A DNA stretch of 62,271 bases, counting the filler, from Globobulimina sp. (Eukaryota), in assembly GCA_003354225.1 (NCBI GenBank). It is 32 parts of 32 records of this genome, joined end to end, with 100 filler letters (N's around TTAATTAATTAA, not from the genome) between each part and the next. Parts side by side here need not be neighbours in the genome. Positions count along the whole stretch, not along the records: positions 35,095 to 36,943 come from PIVH01011259.1; positions 37,044 to 38,892 come from PIVH01011260.1; positions 38,993 to 40,841 come from PIVH01011261.1; positions 40,942 to 42,790 come from PIVH01011262.1; positions 42,891 to 44,739 come from PIVH01011263.1; positions 44,840 to 46,687 come from PIVH01011264.1; positions 46,788 to 48,635 come from PIVH01011265.1; 25 more parts are not named here. One strand, 5' to 3'. Numbering within the stretch: position 1 is the first letter of the stretch; every line of letters begins with the position of its first letter. The notes under the pieces were generated by a model that was not told the DNA's origin, searched no databases, and saw only the letters and a program-made list of their open reading frames with translations. Positions 35,579-47,018 of this stretch are shown piece after piece. Both the position numbers and the translations under genes were made by a program.

Positions 35579-36943
35579 ATGGTCGCTTTTTGTTTCCTGT
35601 TGTTGTTACTTCCAACATACAACGCTCAATACACAACAATACCGTTATTAACGGGTGTATGGCATGATGACTATCGCACCACATCCAGTATAACAACACC
35701 TGGCTGGGAACGACATGATAAAGGCATTGTCGTAGCAACAACATATTCATATCATGGCACATTTAATGGTGATGGCATCTTATCATCATCGGGCAGAGAA
35801 GCATATTATATCACACGTCAATTTTATTGCAGCACATTCGATTCATCCGTTGATATAACATACACTGTTTATCATTGCGATTGTGACGGATCAGATTATG
35901 TTCGATTATTTATCAACGACAACAGTGCAGCAGCAGTAACAACGTATGCTTCCTCTGGAACCTATTGGACTGACTCAGGATTACCATCATGTAATTTTTA
36001 CTCAATCCCTGTCGGTCCAATCTCAATCCCCTTAGTTACTGTCAATAGCTTATTTAAACTCAATTTTCAAATCTCGCCCAACCGAAATGGTGAATATTTT
36101 GAATTGAGCAATATTCAAATAACCTGTCATCCATTGACGGATCCGCCCACCACTGCCATCCCAACAGGCATATAATTATATAATTTCTATAAATAATATG
36201 CTTGGATTGTAACGGAATTTAAGCTAAGCATATTATTTTGATTTAATTTTATCTAATAATATATATAACAAATATTATTGTTTTATACACAATATGTACA
36301 TAATAATGATAATATAATAGTGAATCCGACCTATTATCCAACATATTACCCAACATATTATCCAACCTATTATCCAACACATTTGCCCACGAATTATCCA
36401 ACATATCACCCAACGAATTATCCAACTCGATTCCCAACTGCATATCCAAGCAATCAGCCAACTTTCTCGCCCACGACATTTACTCCGACTATGCATCCAA
36501 CAAAATATCCAACATCTAATCCAACGCCTAACCCAACACCAAATGATCAACAAATACATAGCTTGGATGAAATAACCACAACCGATATCTCACTTGATAC
36601 TGACGATAATGATAAACAATTACTTTCATCAAATAATAACTTGTTTAATAATTCCGTTTTATTTTTTTTAATTGGTGGTGGCAGCACAATAATTTGCATC
36701 ACTTTTATATTTTGTTTCTGTTGTTTTATCAGAAAAAAACAAAAAAAGCAATTCCGAATTTCAAAGAATATAACTACCGGTTATAAGGGCACAAAAACAG
36801 TATCAATGGTTGAGATAAATAATCAAAGAAGTTTCAGTGATGAGGATGAACGCGTAATGATAGGCATTGATGAAACATTGCAACGTATGGGTGAAAACAC
36901 GCAAATTGCACAGCAAATACAGAGTGTTGTGAACGATTTCAAT
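35579..36943 (+). CDS. Type I membrane protein: signal peptide, beta-rich ectodomain, PT-repeat stalk, TM; one intron (~36168-36320); 3' partial
   Basis: MVAFCFLLLLLP; (PTYY/PTNY)n; TM VLFFLIGGGSTIICITFIFCFCCFI followed by RKKQKK. Confidence 0.7.
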
Positions 36944-37190
36944 NNNNNNNNNNNNNNNNNNNNNNNNNNNNNNNNNNNNNNNNNNNNTTAATTAATTAAN
37001 NNNNNNNNNNNNNNNNNNNNNNNNNNNNNNNNNNNNNNNNNNNAAATCATATTTAGGATCGCCAATCTAAAAGACAAGTGTAGACATTGGAGACATGAAA
37101 TGTAACGGTCTCGAAAATCACTTAGTTGGGCATAGTCAATTACATTTAGTGTGACTTCAATCTTACTACCTCAATAAATAACTTTATAAC

Positions 37191-37934
37191 ATGGGTGACG
37201 TAGGATCCGCCGTAGCTACACCATTTGTAGCCGTAGCAACTACACTTTCCGGAACACACAATGACAAGATATATTATGATTGTCCAAGATGTCATGAAGA
37301 GGTTTGGGTTTATGGATCAGGCGCAGCATTTGCAGGTCGTCGGTGTAATAACTGCCGATCCAATACAGATTTTTTTAAGACTGTTAGTGTGGCCTGTTCT
37401 GACGAAAGTGCATCAGCAAAAGCAGCATATTATACAAATTATAGTATTGTTGAAAAATCAATCAATTGCTCGGATAAGATTGTACATATTCGTGTTAGAT
37501 CTATTTGGATACATCATGGATCAATTAGTGCAGTGGAAAGTGTATTTACCGGGATCGCAACTGGCAGCACTGTTACTCACTGGTGGGTTGAGATTGAAAC
37601 CGAAAATAGTAGCTGGTATTGTGCACAGTGGAAGAAACCTGATTTAGTCTTATCGTTAAGTTTGACTTATCAGCAAATTTATTTTTGCGAAATTGCGTAT
37701 AACTTATATAGATCTCACGATAGTCGCTATGGAGTTGCAGAGGAAGGGAAATCTGCGATTGGAGCAGAGGGTGACAGTAAAAATATTACCAATAAACATG
37801 ATTTTTCAACGCGTGGAAGAACTATTGGTGATTTGAGAAATTGGATGAATGATTACCATAAAGCTAGTGGTGCCTATGATGTGGTAAACAATAATTGTCA
37901 ACATTTTGGAGAGGCATTGCGTCGTTGGATTTGA
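37191..37934 (+). CDS. Permuted papain-like (PPPDE/LRAT-like) protein with N-terminal Zn ribbon
   Basis: CPRC...CNNC; THWWVEI (His); YDVVNNNCQHF (Cys); possible in-frame intron ~37655-37711. Confidence 0.7.
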   Translation: MGDVGSAVATPFVAVATTLSGTHNDKIYYDCPRCHEEVWVYGSGAAFAGRRCNNCRSNTDFFKTVSVACSDESASAKAAYYTNYSIVEKSINCSDKIVHIRVRSIWIHHGSISAVESVFTGIATGSTVTHWWVEIETENSSWYCAQWKKPDLVLSLSLTYQQIYFCEIAYNLYRSHDSRYGVAEEGKSAIGAEGDSKNITNKHDFSTRGRTIGDLRNWMNDYHKASGAYDVVNNNCQHFGEALRRWI

Positions 37935-38992
37935 TTACTGTGTAATGGATTTGTTTTTTTCTTTTCTTTTTTTGTTTGTGATTTGCATGATGTAGCGACA
38001 GATACAAGTGTCCATTTTCATGCATCATAATTATTTGATATATATGTTGAGATTCAATTACAAGTTAAATTATGTGCGAGGATAAAAAACTATTGGGAGT
38101 GAAAAACAATTATTAGAATATCATATTGGTCTCTAAATCTGTAGAGTTTTGTCAATGTAGGAACTGTTGCATGCATATTGGCATTGAATATCGGCATTGA
38201 ATATCTGATCTGTAATATTATCCATGGTGAGCCGAAGCACCGATTGGTGAGGACTAGAATCACTGTCTACTTCAGAATACTGCGACTTTTGGAAACATCG
38301 CGTTTTAGAAAAACTTGAACTCAATTTGTTTCAAACTAATCGTACAGCCCAACACTACGTTCCTGATGTTTTTTTATATATTTGACACGTTTAGAAAAAA
38401 CAAAATTTTCAAAGTAAATAGCATCAAAAATTTCAATGAACAACACTTTTAGACAAAAAAATAAACGCAAAACGAATCAGTGAGAAAAAAAAACAAAACA
38501 AAAATATAAAATAAAAGAAAGCAGAATATTTAAGACGATGGATAATAAACAACGAATATTAAAATCAAAATAATTAAATGTCAAAACGAATTAAAAGCGA
38601 TTAGTATTCTTATTGTGATTCATATTTGATTGGAATTAAAATTAAAAAAAAAGAAATAAATTATATTACATATTGACGTGTAAATCGGTGTGATATTTAT
38701 TTATGTGTATTGGGATTAAACCAAATACATTTTGACGGTTCATGTTCTGCGAGCAAACAAAATTTACATAACCTATCCCAAGGATTAGTCTTTACATTAT
38801 TTTATTTAAATATTTATAATTACAATGTTTCAATTTATTTATTTATAATAAAACATGACCTGTTTTGGCGGTTGATTGGTTTCACTTTTCTCNNNNNNNN
38901 NNNNNNNNNNNNNNNNNNNNNNNNNNNNNNNNNNNNTTAATTAATTAANNNNNNNNNNNNNNNNNNNNNNNNNNNNNNNNNNNNNNNNNNNN

Positions 38993-39908
38993 GACGACGA
39001 CGACAATGCCCTATGCCAGAAATGGGAATGAAGACATCAGCTCAGATCATAAATTGTTGAGGAATATGATAATGACCCTGCGTTGTGGCGGCATTTTAGG
39101 AATCCAACATTATCTCAAATTCATTTCTAAAACCAAAGAAATTCCGATAGCACAGTTATATTTGGTCAAAGTATTAATCCAAGTCGGAAAAAAACAAAAA
39201 CTGAGCACTTCGAGCCTGCGCCGTTTAGACGACGAAGCCGCTGAAATTGCAGAGTCCAACGGAGGCCGCGATAAGCCATCTCATATTAATACGTGGTGGG
39301 TACAGCAATCCTTTTCGGTGTACTTCAATAATTTTATATCGGGCGATGTTTCTAATAATTATCTCCAACAATTCAGAGCCTTTATGGTGGAGGAGATTGC
39401 TCCTCGTTTTTACATGTTTGACGAATTTTTCATCACCAAAACTCTGCAGAAAATATTGAAAATAGAACTAAGCACTGGTTACGATGATAGTTTGTTGTTA
39501 TTTAACACTTTATTTTGCGGCTTATTCTCTGAAGAGGAAGAATGCGAAAACGAGGCTCCTGAAGAATTCCAACATATTTTGGTGTGTAAGAGATGCGAGT
39601 ATTTGGAGCGGATTATAATGACTGCGATCTTATCGATTACGAATAAAGCAGTGTTGGAAAAGTGTTACAAGTATTTGTGTGACGAAAAGAGCGAAATGTA
39701 TGGTATTTTATCGAAATTGAACAAACATTTAATATATTGCTGGGATGGCGAAGTTGAGAGTTCCACCACCATCCATTTTAACATTCAATGTATTGATATT
39801 GATTTTGCCAGGAAAATAATCAAAAAACACGAAGAAATACTATATCGAGACTGTTATATTGAGACTGAACAGGAGAATTTCAACGAGTATAGATTAACGC
39901 CCTCATGA
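38993..39908 (+). CDS. Hypothetical protein (~300 aa)
   Basis: Long ORF in AT-rich DNA; no motif recognised. Confidence 0.6.
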
Positions 39909-41339
39909 CCCGGATGAGAATCAGAATCAATTAACGCATCATAGAGACCCCTATCCAGAGTTTGCTGTATTTACAAATTTTTATGGTTTGTAATTATTTA
40001 TTACGAATTAAAAAGTACGTGGATGAAAAGCACTATATACGAATTGTTAAATTTTTTTTTATGTTCTTTTTAATACATTCCTTTAATTCTTTTTCTTTTT
40101 AAGACAAAATTATTGCCCGGTGTTGTGCGCAGAGCATCGCAACGAGCTTTAATTACTATTTAAAAGATAAGTAATTTGATGACTAGTTTAATTAAATCAT
40201 TAAAATTAATAAATTAATTAATTGTAATTTGTATCTTCTGATATTTATATATAAATTGTTTTTTTTTTTGGGAGGATAAAAAAATGTGTGTGTGTCTGCT
40301 TTAAATTTAATCGAATATGTACGTACTTATGTATTATAGACATTTGTAGTATCTTAGTCTGAGCTTTCACAGAACTCAACTGAACTGAAGCTGTTTTTAA
40401 TCTTAATGTCTAACTCAACGATACATTCCAAAAGATAACCCCCACCCAGCCACTGGTCGATAAGTTGTATACATTTTACATTTTGTGTTTGCAAATCGAG
40501 AACAAAGTCAGAACAAATTTATAATTGAATCCAATGGAATGTATGACAACACAGATCATATTTAAAACACTTTAAATCATTTTTTACACAGAAGAGTTAT
40601 AATTATTAAAACTTAATTACCATTGGGTACAATTACCATTGGGTCTTATGATATGAATGATAAATTAAATAGTCATCAATATATTTTATTCGTTTGCGGT
40701 ATATTTAGTACGAACTAATTTGTATGTATGTTTTCATAATATTGGATATATGCTATGGTCTTTACATTGTGTGGAAAATGCCATAAACAATGTCAATCTC
40801 ATTATGATGAAACTGCAATAAGAAAAACTAAGGCGTCTTATNNNNNNNNNNNNNNNNNNNNNNNNNNNNNNNNNNNNNNNNNNNNTTAATTAATTAANNN
40901 NNNNNNNNNNNNNNNNNNNNNNNNNNNNNNNNNNNNNNNNNCTGTGTATATTATATATTATATAATAGACAAATAAAAAGAAAAAAAAAAAGGGAAAAAA
41001 ATATATATAAATTTAACTTATTTTTTGAGATTTGATTAATAATCAAATTAAATGAATGTATGATTATTTTACCCAAACCAGGCATTTAATGGGAACCTTG
41101 ATGGGTTTGATCTCAATCAATTAGGACACGATCACATTAACAAAAGTAGGACACGATCTCATTATTACTCATTTCGCGATGGCAAACCGCGAAAATTACA
41201 AACTCATTCTCAACCCATTTTGCGACGATAATTACAAATTAATTAAATGGAATGCGATAATCAAATGGAATGCGATAATCAATAAAAATAAAGCGATGTC
41301 TCAATTTCTCAATGAGCATTGTTGGAATTATGACAAAGG

Positions 41340-42035
41340 GTCAGATCACATGGATGCCAGTCAGGGACTAAACACGCTCTGCTTCGAGCTCACTACCACC
41401 CGTAGGTGTGCCATAGCGCAATGACCTTGAAACCGTAAGAACTGGGTCAATGGGCAGGCAAATGAGTTGCCGCGTTGAGAAGCGATAATAAGCAACAACA
41501 AGACATGGCGATCACTGAACCCAAAGCAACCATAGGTCTAAGGATGGGCGCGTATGAAATATGAAAAAAAATATGGATATATGCCGACCCAGTTTGAACG
41601 TATACGATTTTTACTCGACGAAAACCATCTTAAAGTGGTGGGAATGTGCGGATGAATGAAATATATTTAGCGAGAATAACGAAATATGGGAGCATGCGAC
41701 GTCGGAAATTCATCGTGTGGTAGGATTGGAGACTCGCATCCAAACTATCACGCAGCGAGACAATAGATGGCAATCAATCAAATATAAATCGCAATGCAAA
41801 GAGCAGAGGACACAGTGACATACTGTACGACGCAAAAGCAATGAGTTAGATCATATGGAGCCATCCAGGGACCAAACACACTCTACTTCGAGCACACTAC
41901 CACCCGGAGGTGAGCCTGGACAGCGGCCTTTAAACCGGGAAACGGAGCCGGTGTCCAAGCAAATGAGTTGCCGCGCTGAGAGTGATAATAGGTAGCAAGG
42001 CATGGCAATGACACAATCCAATGCAATCACAGTGT
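41340..42035. repeat. Two diverged ~190-nt direct repeats (41340-41530 and 41845-42035) with hairpin potential
   Basis: Shared blocks CAGGGAC(T/C)AAACAC, CTTCGAGC, CACTACCACCCG.AGGTG, GCAAATGAGTTGCCGCG.TGAGA, GATAATA. Confidence 0.85.
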
Positions 42036-42582
42036 ATGGGACATGTATGATACATAAAAATAGCTCTATTGGACATGGATGGTGGCAATGCGATATTGGA
42101 CTTCATCATGGTGGAAAGGGAAGGAACCGTTGGTAGAGGTTAGAATCCATAGGAACTGTGCTGAATTGGTGGCGACATTGTATAGGACCGGTGAGGTATA
42201 AGGGTCCGACTCCGCTGGCCGCAATGCACTCAATCTAGAGGTATTTATGTCGCACGGAATGAGGTGACCGTAGCCCGCCGAACCGTACGATTTTTCACCT
42301 GAATAGCACTGAGCGTTCCGAGTAACTCAGAGCTAACCCAATTCAACACAATTAATTGGATATCAATTCAACACAATTAATTGGACAGTGGTGGAAATGG
42401 AAGGATTAATGGTAAGAATGGTGCGGATGGTTCGACCACGGCGATTGTGGCATTTTTTCGACGAACGCCATAATCGATTATTAACGCCATAAATTAATTT
42501 ATTATTTGTCTATAATATAAATGTACAAAATAAATATATTAAAAAGTATATATAAAAAAAAAGAAAGAAACAAAAAAAAAGG

Positions 42583-42790
42583 AAGGAAAATAGGTTAATA
42601 ATAAAATGTTAATGGTTCCTGATGAAACACAACCTTTAAGAATTCAATTTTTGACTTTCAATGTTTTTATGTTGAATAATCTGTAAAAAACTGTAAATTC
42701 AAAGAGTTTACAGTAAAAACAGTAATTTCAAACTGAAAAGCAAAAAGTTAAATGTTACCTTTAACATTTTATTATTAACCTATTTTCCTT
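42583..42790. repeat. Perfect 30-bp inverted repeat at the contig end, with a nested hairpin
   Basis: AAGGAAAATAGGTTAATAATAAAATGTTAA (42583-42612) and its reverse complement (42761-42790); inner ACTGTAAATTC/GAGTTTACAGT. Confidence 0.85.
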
Positions 42791-42890
42791 NNNNNNNNNN
42801 NNNNNNNNNNNNNNNNNNNNNNNNNNNNNNNNNNTTAATTAATTAANNNNNNNNNNNNNNNNNNNNNNNNNNNNNNNNNNNNNNNNNNNN

Positions 42891-44739
42891 TCTGAGGATG
42901 AACCAAGACACGGTATCCCGGAGAATGAGGCACATAACCATGGAGAGGAACCGACAACACAAGGTTCCCCAGAGGTTAAGAGCCACTTTGAATCTGAATC
43001 AAAACCAAACGATTCTTCAAAGGTTTCTAATGCGACTCGCGAATTATCAAATACAGATCCGAGTCAAACATCCTCAATTTTTGAATCTATGGATTATATC
43101 GAACAAAATCGTAGATTGGATGATCAAATGCGTGAACAACAAATGCCATTACAAAAGGAAATACGCAACAAATTGACAAAAGTAAAACATATCGCTGATT
43201 CGAACGGAAATGAAGACAAACGAGATACATACAAAAAATTGCAAGTTTTTGATAGGAAAGTCTTAAGTAAACCAAAATTAAAAATGTATGATGCACCAGA
43301 GACAGACGTAATTAAAACAGTCGGAAATACAGAACGGACAGACGACAATAAATTATTTGATGATACAACAGATCGACCAAAAATTCAATCCGGAGGAAAC
43401 CACAGACACTCCGTAGTAGTAGACGAGTATAACGCCAATTCGAAAAGGGAAAATAGTAAAAATTTGGATTCGTTCGGGGATAACGCAAAAATTGATTGTT
43501 TGAGGGAAAATTCGCTTGTATCGAAATTTGAAAATTCTGCACACCAAGTTGCACTCGTTGAAATTGATTTGCCTCGCGTTTTGATCGACAATAAAGAGAT
43601 AGTTGAATCGAATAGTTTGAGTGAAAATAAAGAAATTGTTGAAAAGAATAGTTTGTTCGAAAAGGAAAATTTTCTTGAAATGGATAGTTTGATCGAAAAC
43701 GAAAAATTTGTCGAATTGAATGGTTTGATTGAAAAAGAAAATTTTGTTGAAATTGATAGCTTGATCGAAAACAAGGTCACTCAATTACTTTCAAATGAAA
43801 CAGTTTGCAATAGTAATAGTGACATAGAAATAGTTGAATCGAAGGATGTAGACAAAAATAGAAAAGTCGAAATTGTTGAAGTCAGACAAGGGGAATACAG
43901 TTCTCAGGACACCCCAAGAGACAAAGATACAAAAATGGTTATTGATATTAGAATCAAAAATGCAATGGGAGATAACGGTTTTCTTCAAGACACTCCTTTT
44001 GGCATAGACACAAACACAAAGATTGATACAACAGTTGGAAAAGTAAAGTTTAAAACCGACACAAATACAAATATTGATGTAGCAGTTGAAGAGAAGGGGA
44101 ATAACAGCGGTCGGACACCCCAGAATCTAAACATTGACATATTAGGAAAGCAAAACAAGAATCGGGGAAACAGCGGTCGGACACCCCAGAAGAAGAAGCA
44201 TATTCGTAAAGCCAAAACACCCTTCATTGTAAAGCAGTTCAAAACTTTCAAAGGGGGAGGATTTACACCGGAAAACACAAATTTGCATAAACCGCAGACC
44301 AAGAAAAGGTCGTTTAACAAACATACAAAAGTCGCAAGTAGCGCAAGGAAGCGATACATTTTGAAGCGACAAAAACGAAAACATAAATGCATAAGACCAC
44401 ATAAATACGAAACACATCGGATCAATATGGACAGTGGTCAATTGATAAAGGAGCACAGAATAGAGTGGAACATTGGAATCATCGTTTTGTTGTTGAAAAT
44501 CGTGCTCATATGGAATATTAAAATTGGATATCAAATCGATGGCAAGTGGATCAACAATATGGACAGTGGTCAATGGACAAAGGAAATGGAACGATTCAAG
44601 ATCTTTGGCACTCGGCGACAGCAAGAACCACGCTTATGGACCGATGCGCATCACAAGGACTATGGATCAAAACATCGATGGATCAATGGATACAAAAATT
44701 GGACATGTTTGGATGGCGACACCTCGTTGGTGGGAGTGT
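42891..44739 (+). CDS. Intron-less repetitive, low-complexity ORF spanning the contig; possibly element-derived
   Basis: Frame open from 42891; ~12-aa repeats (EKENFLEMDSLI / ENEKFVELNGLI / EKENFVEIDSLI), NSGRTPQ twice, NMDSGQ twice. Confidence 0.55.
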
Positions 44740-44839
44740 NNNNNNNNNNNNNNNNNNNNNNNNNNNNNNNNNNNNNNNNNNNNTTAATTAATTAANNNNN
44801 NNNNNNNNNNNNNNNNNNNNNNNNNNNNNNNNNNNNNNN

Positions 44840-46687
44840 CAAGGGCAGCGAAACGCTGAAATCTAATGGTGTGTTACATGCAAAGATTTGATCACTGCCA
44901 GGCCAATGTTGCGCCATTCCTGCGCTGAAAACGTCAATTTCCAGTACCGACCCACTAGCCAACACGCCCGCGCTCGTAGGAAACCAAAAGGAGAGTCGAA
45001 GTCTGGCAAAACATGCGATATTATCAACTCTTTCAAAGCATGCACATACTTCTTCTCCTGGGCACGCCGCAAAATGTTGGAGAGCTGTCCCAAGATACAT
45101 AGCACAGCGTCTTTGTTCACCATCTTATCAATGTCTTTGACACACGTGTTGTGGGAGCATTGTGTGATTAAATTCTGCGAAAATTGCAAGAGTTTATCAA
45201 AGGTGTATCGCGAGCGTATTTTCACGATGTCTTGGATGAATTTGAGAGCACAGGAACGAGGGTCGTAGGTCTCGTCCAAGGCCGAGGCCAGGCCAAAGCG
45301 GTAGGAATTCTCCACGAAACCTTGGGGGTCATCCTGCCAAGAGGCCAAATCCTTGCTGGTCAGACGGACGATGCGGAACATGCACACAAAGAGGATGTTG
45401 TCCAGGTACTTGGCGTTGTTATCTAATAATAACTGGAACAATTTGCCGTAATGCACGCACAGTGTCAAGTAGCTAATGGCCGGCGCCAAGGTCTTGAAAT
45501 AGACAAACTGGTCGCCGATGTGTTGGCGGATGATGCCGAAATAGAACAATTCCATGAATTTGCGCGCGTATTTGCTCATAAATATCTTTGCAAAGGGCTT
45601 GATTTCTTTTTGTAACACATATTTGGGTCGACCATACCTATGGGAGTGTTGTAGGTGGAGTGCAAGGATGATTTGCAAAAAAACAGACACTTAACAATTG
45701 CAATATGCGCGTCACGCAGCGGACGGCCCATTTGCGGGCTTTGACGAAGGGGTTTTGATAATATTTGGAGTATTCTTGGATGGAATACAAGGAGTCGATG
45801 GTTAGCGTTTGTTTGTTGGACGTGTTTAATTGCAGGTCTTTGGGTGGCTTGATTTCAAAGAATTTGATGAATAAAGTCAACCATTGCTCGAACACTTGGT
45901 TGGAGCGTAAATGGGCGGGGAATTGCATGAAAATGCTGACAAAAAAGATGCGGAAGATGACCTTTAGGATTTGCAATAAGATTATCAATTCGTGGTTCAA
46001 TTTGCCCTGTTCTTGCTGCAATTTGCTCTCATACAGACCCAAGGAGACAGACAGGATGTTGCTGAGAGTGGGCCAGGTGTCGGCGATCATTTTCTCGATG
46101 GGGTTGTCGCTGCGTTGCCGGTTCATGAAATGGTATTTGCGGTATACCGATAACAAAACGGATAAGCCACCCAATATCATATAGGGGTTATTGGTTTGTA
46201 TACATTTGGCGATATTGGTCAATAAGTCTCGCCAATTGGAGGGGAAATCGCATTCGATTAAGAAGCGGATGGTGGTGAATAACTGGCGACGGATCTCAGA
46301 GTCTTTTTGTTTGATGCATTGTTCAAATATGCCTTTGCGAATTGTGTCTTTGTCATTGTCGTTTAGGTTCTTAGTATGTGTGTGGTGTTGTGGTTTGTTT
46401 TATGTTTATTCATCAAATTTATGGGATACCTGTTTCCAGCGGTATTGGACTAAGTTTTTTAAGCGGATTGACGCTGCGAAACGGGGTTTACATCCGTTGT
46501 CGCCTTTGATTTGCGATTGGGATAAGAAATTTAAAAGAAAGGGGAGGAATCCATCTTTCGTTTCGATCTGAAATGTGTTATTTGTTTTTTTTTTGTCGAT
46601 AGAATATAGTACAAATGCAAGGAAAAAACAAGACTTGTTTGAGTTCTTGTTCTGCCTCGCGGATTAGTTGGGTGTTGCCAATGGTGG
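44840..46687 (-). CDS. Importin-7/8 (importin-beta family), N-terminal part, multi-exon
   Basis: IRLAASIRLKNLVQYRW, DFPSNW, WQDDPQGFV, PRSCA, KDAVL..LG.L, VLPDFDSPFGFLRARACW. Confidence 0.85.
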
Positions 46688-47018
46688 NNNNNNNNNNNNN
46701 NNNNNNNNNNNNNNNNNNNNNNNNNNNNNNNTTAATTAATTAANNNNNNNNNNNNNNNNNNNNNNNNNNNNNNNNNNNNNNNNNNNNAACGAATCAAATA
46801 AATTACAACCAAAATTTGATCGAAAAACTTTAATTAAAACTAGCTGGGCATTTGGCAACGAAGAAACTGACTGGAAAACAGACTCACAACTTAGTTATCA
46901 GCCATACGACTTAGCAAATAATAATTACAGATCAACTCTGTCAACCGCACAATTGCAAAAAACACATGTAATGTTAGGAAGTGACAAAACTCCTAAGTTT
47001 TATTTTTATTTACAGCAA

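Noticed and set aside
41420-41455. SECIS-like ATGA...AAA hairpin
   Set aside because: Spacing is too short, and ATGA is not conserved in the second copy
41360-41540. Group I intron or U2 snRNA resemblance (GGGACTAAAC; minus-strand ATCGCTTCTC)
   Set aside because: Only short matches; the matching S element and the U2 branch-pairing sequence are absent
42619-42740. CTGATGA hammerhead-like core
   Set aside because: No convincing stem II plus GAAA and stem I/III arrangement could be built
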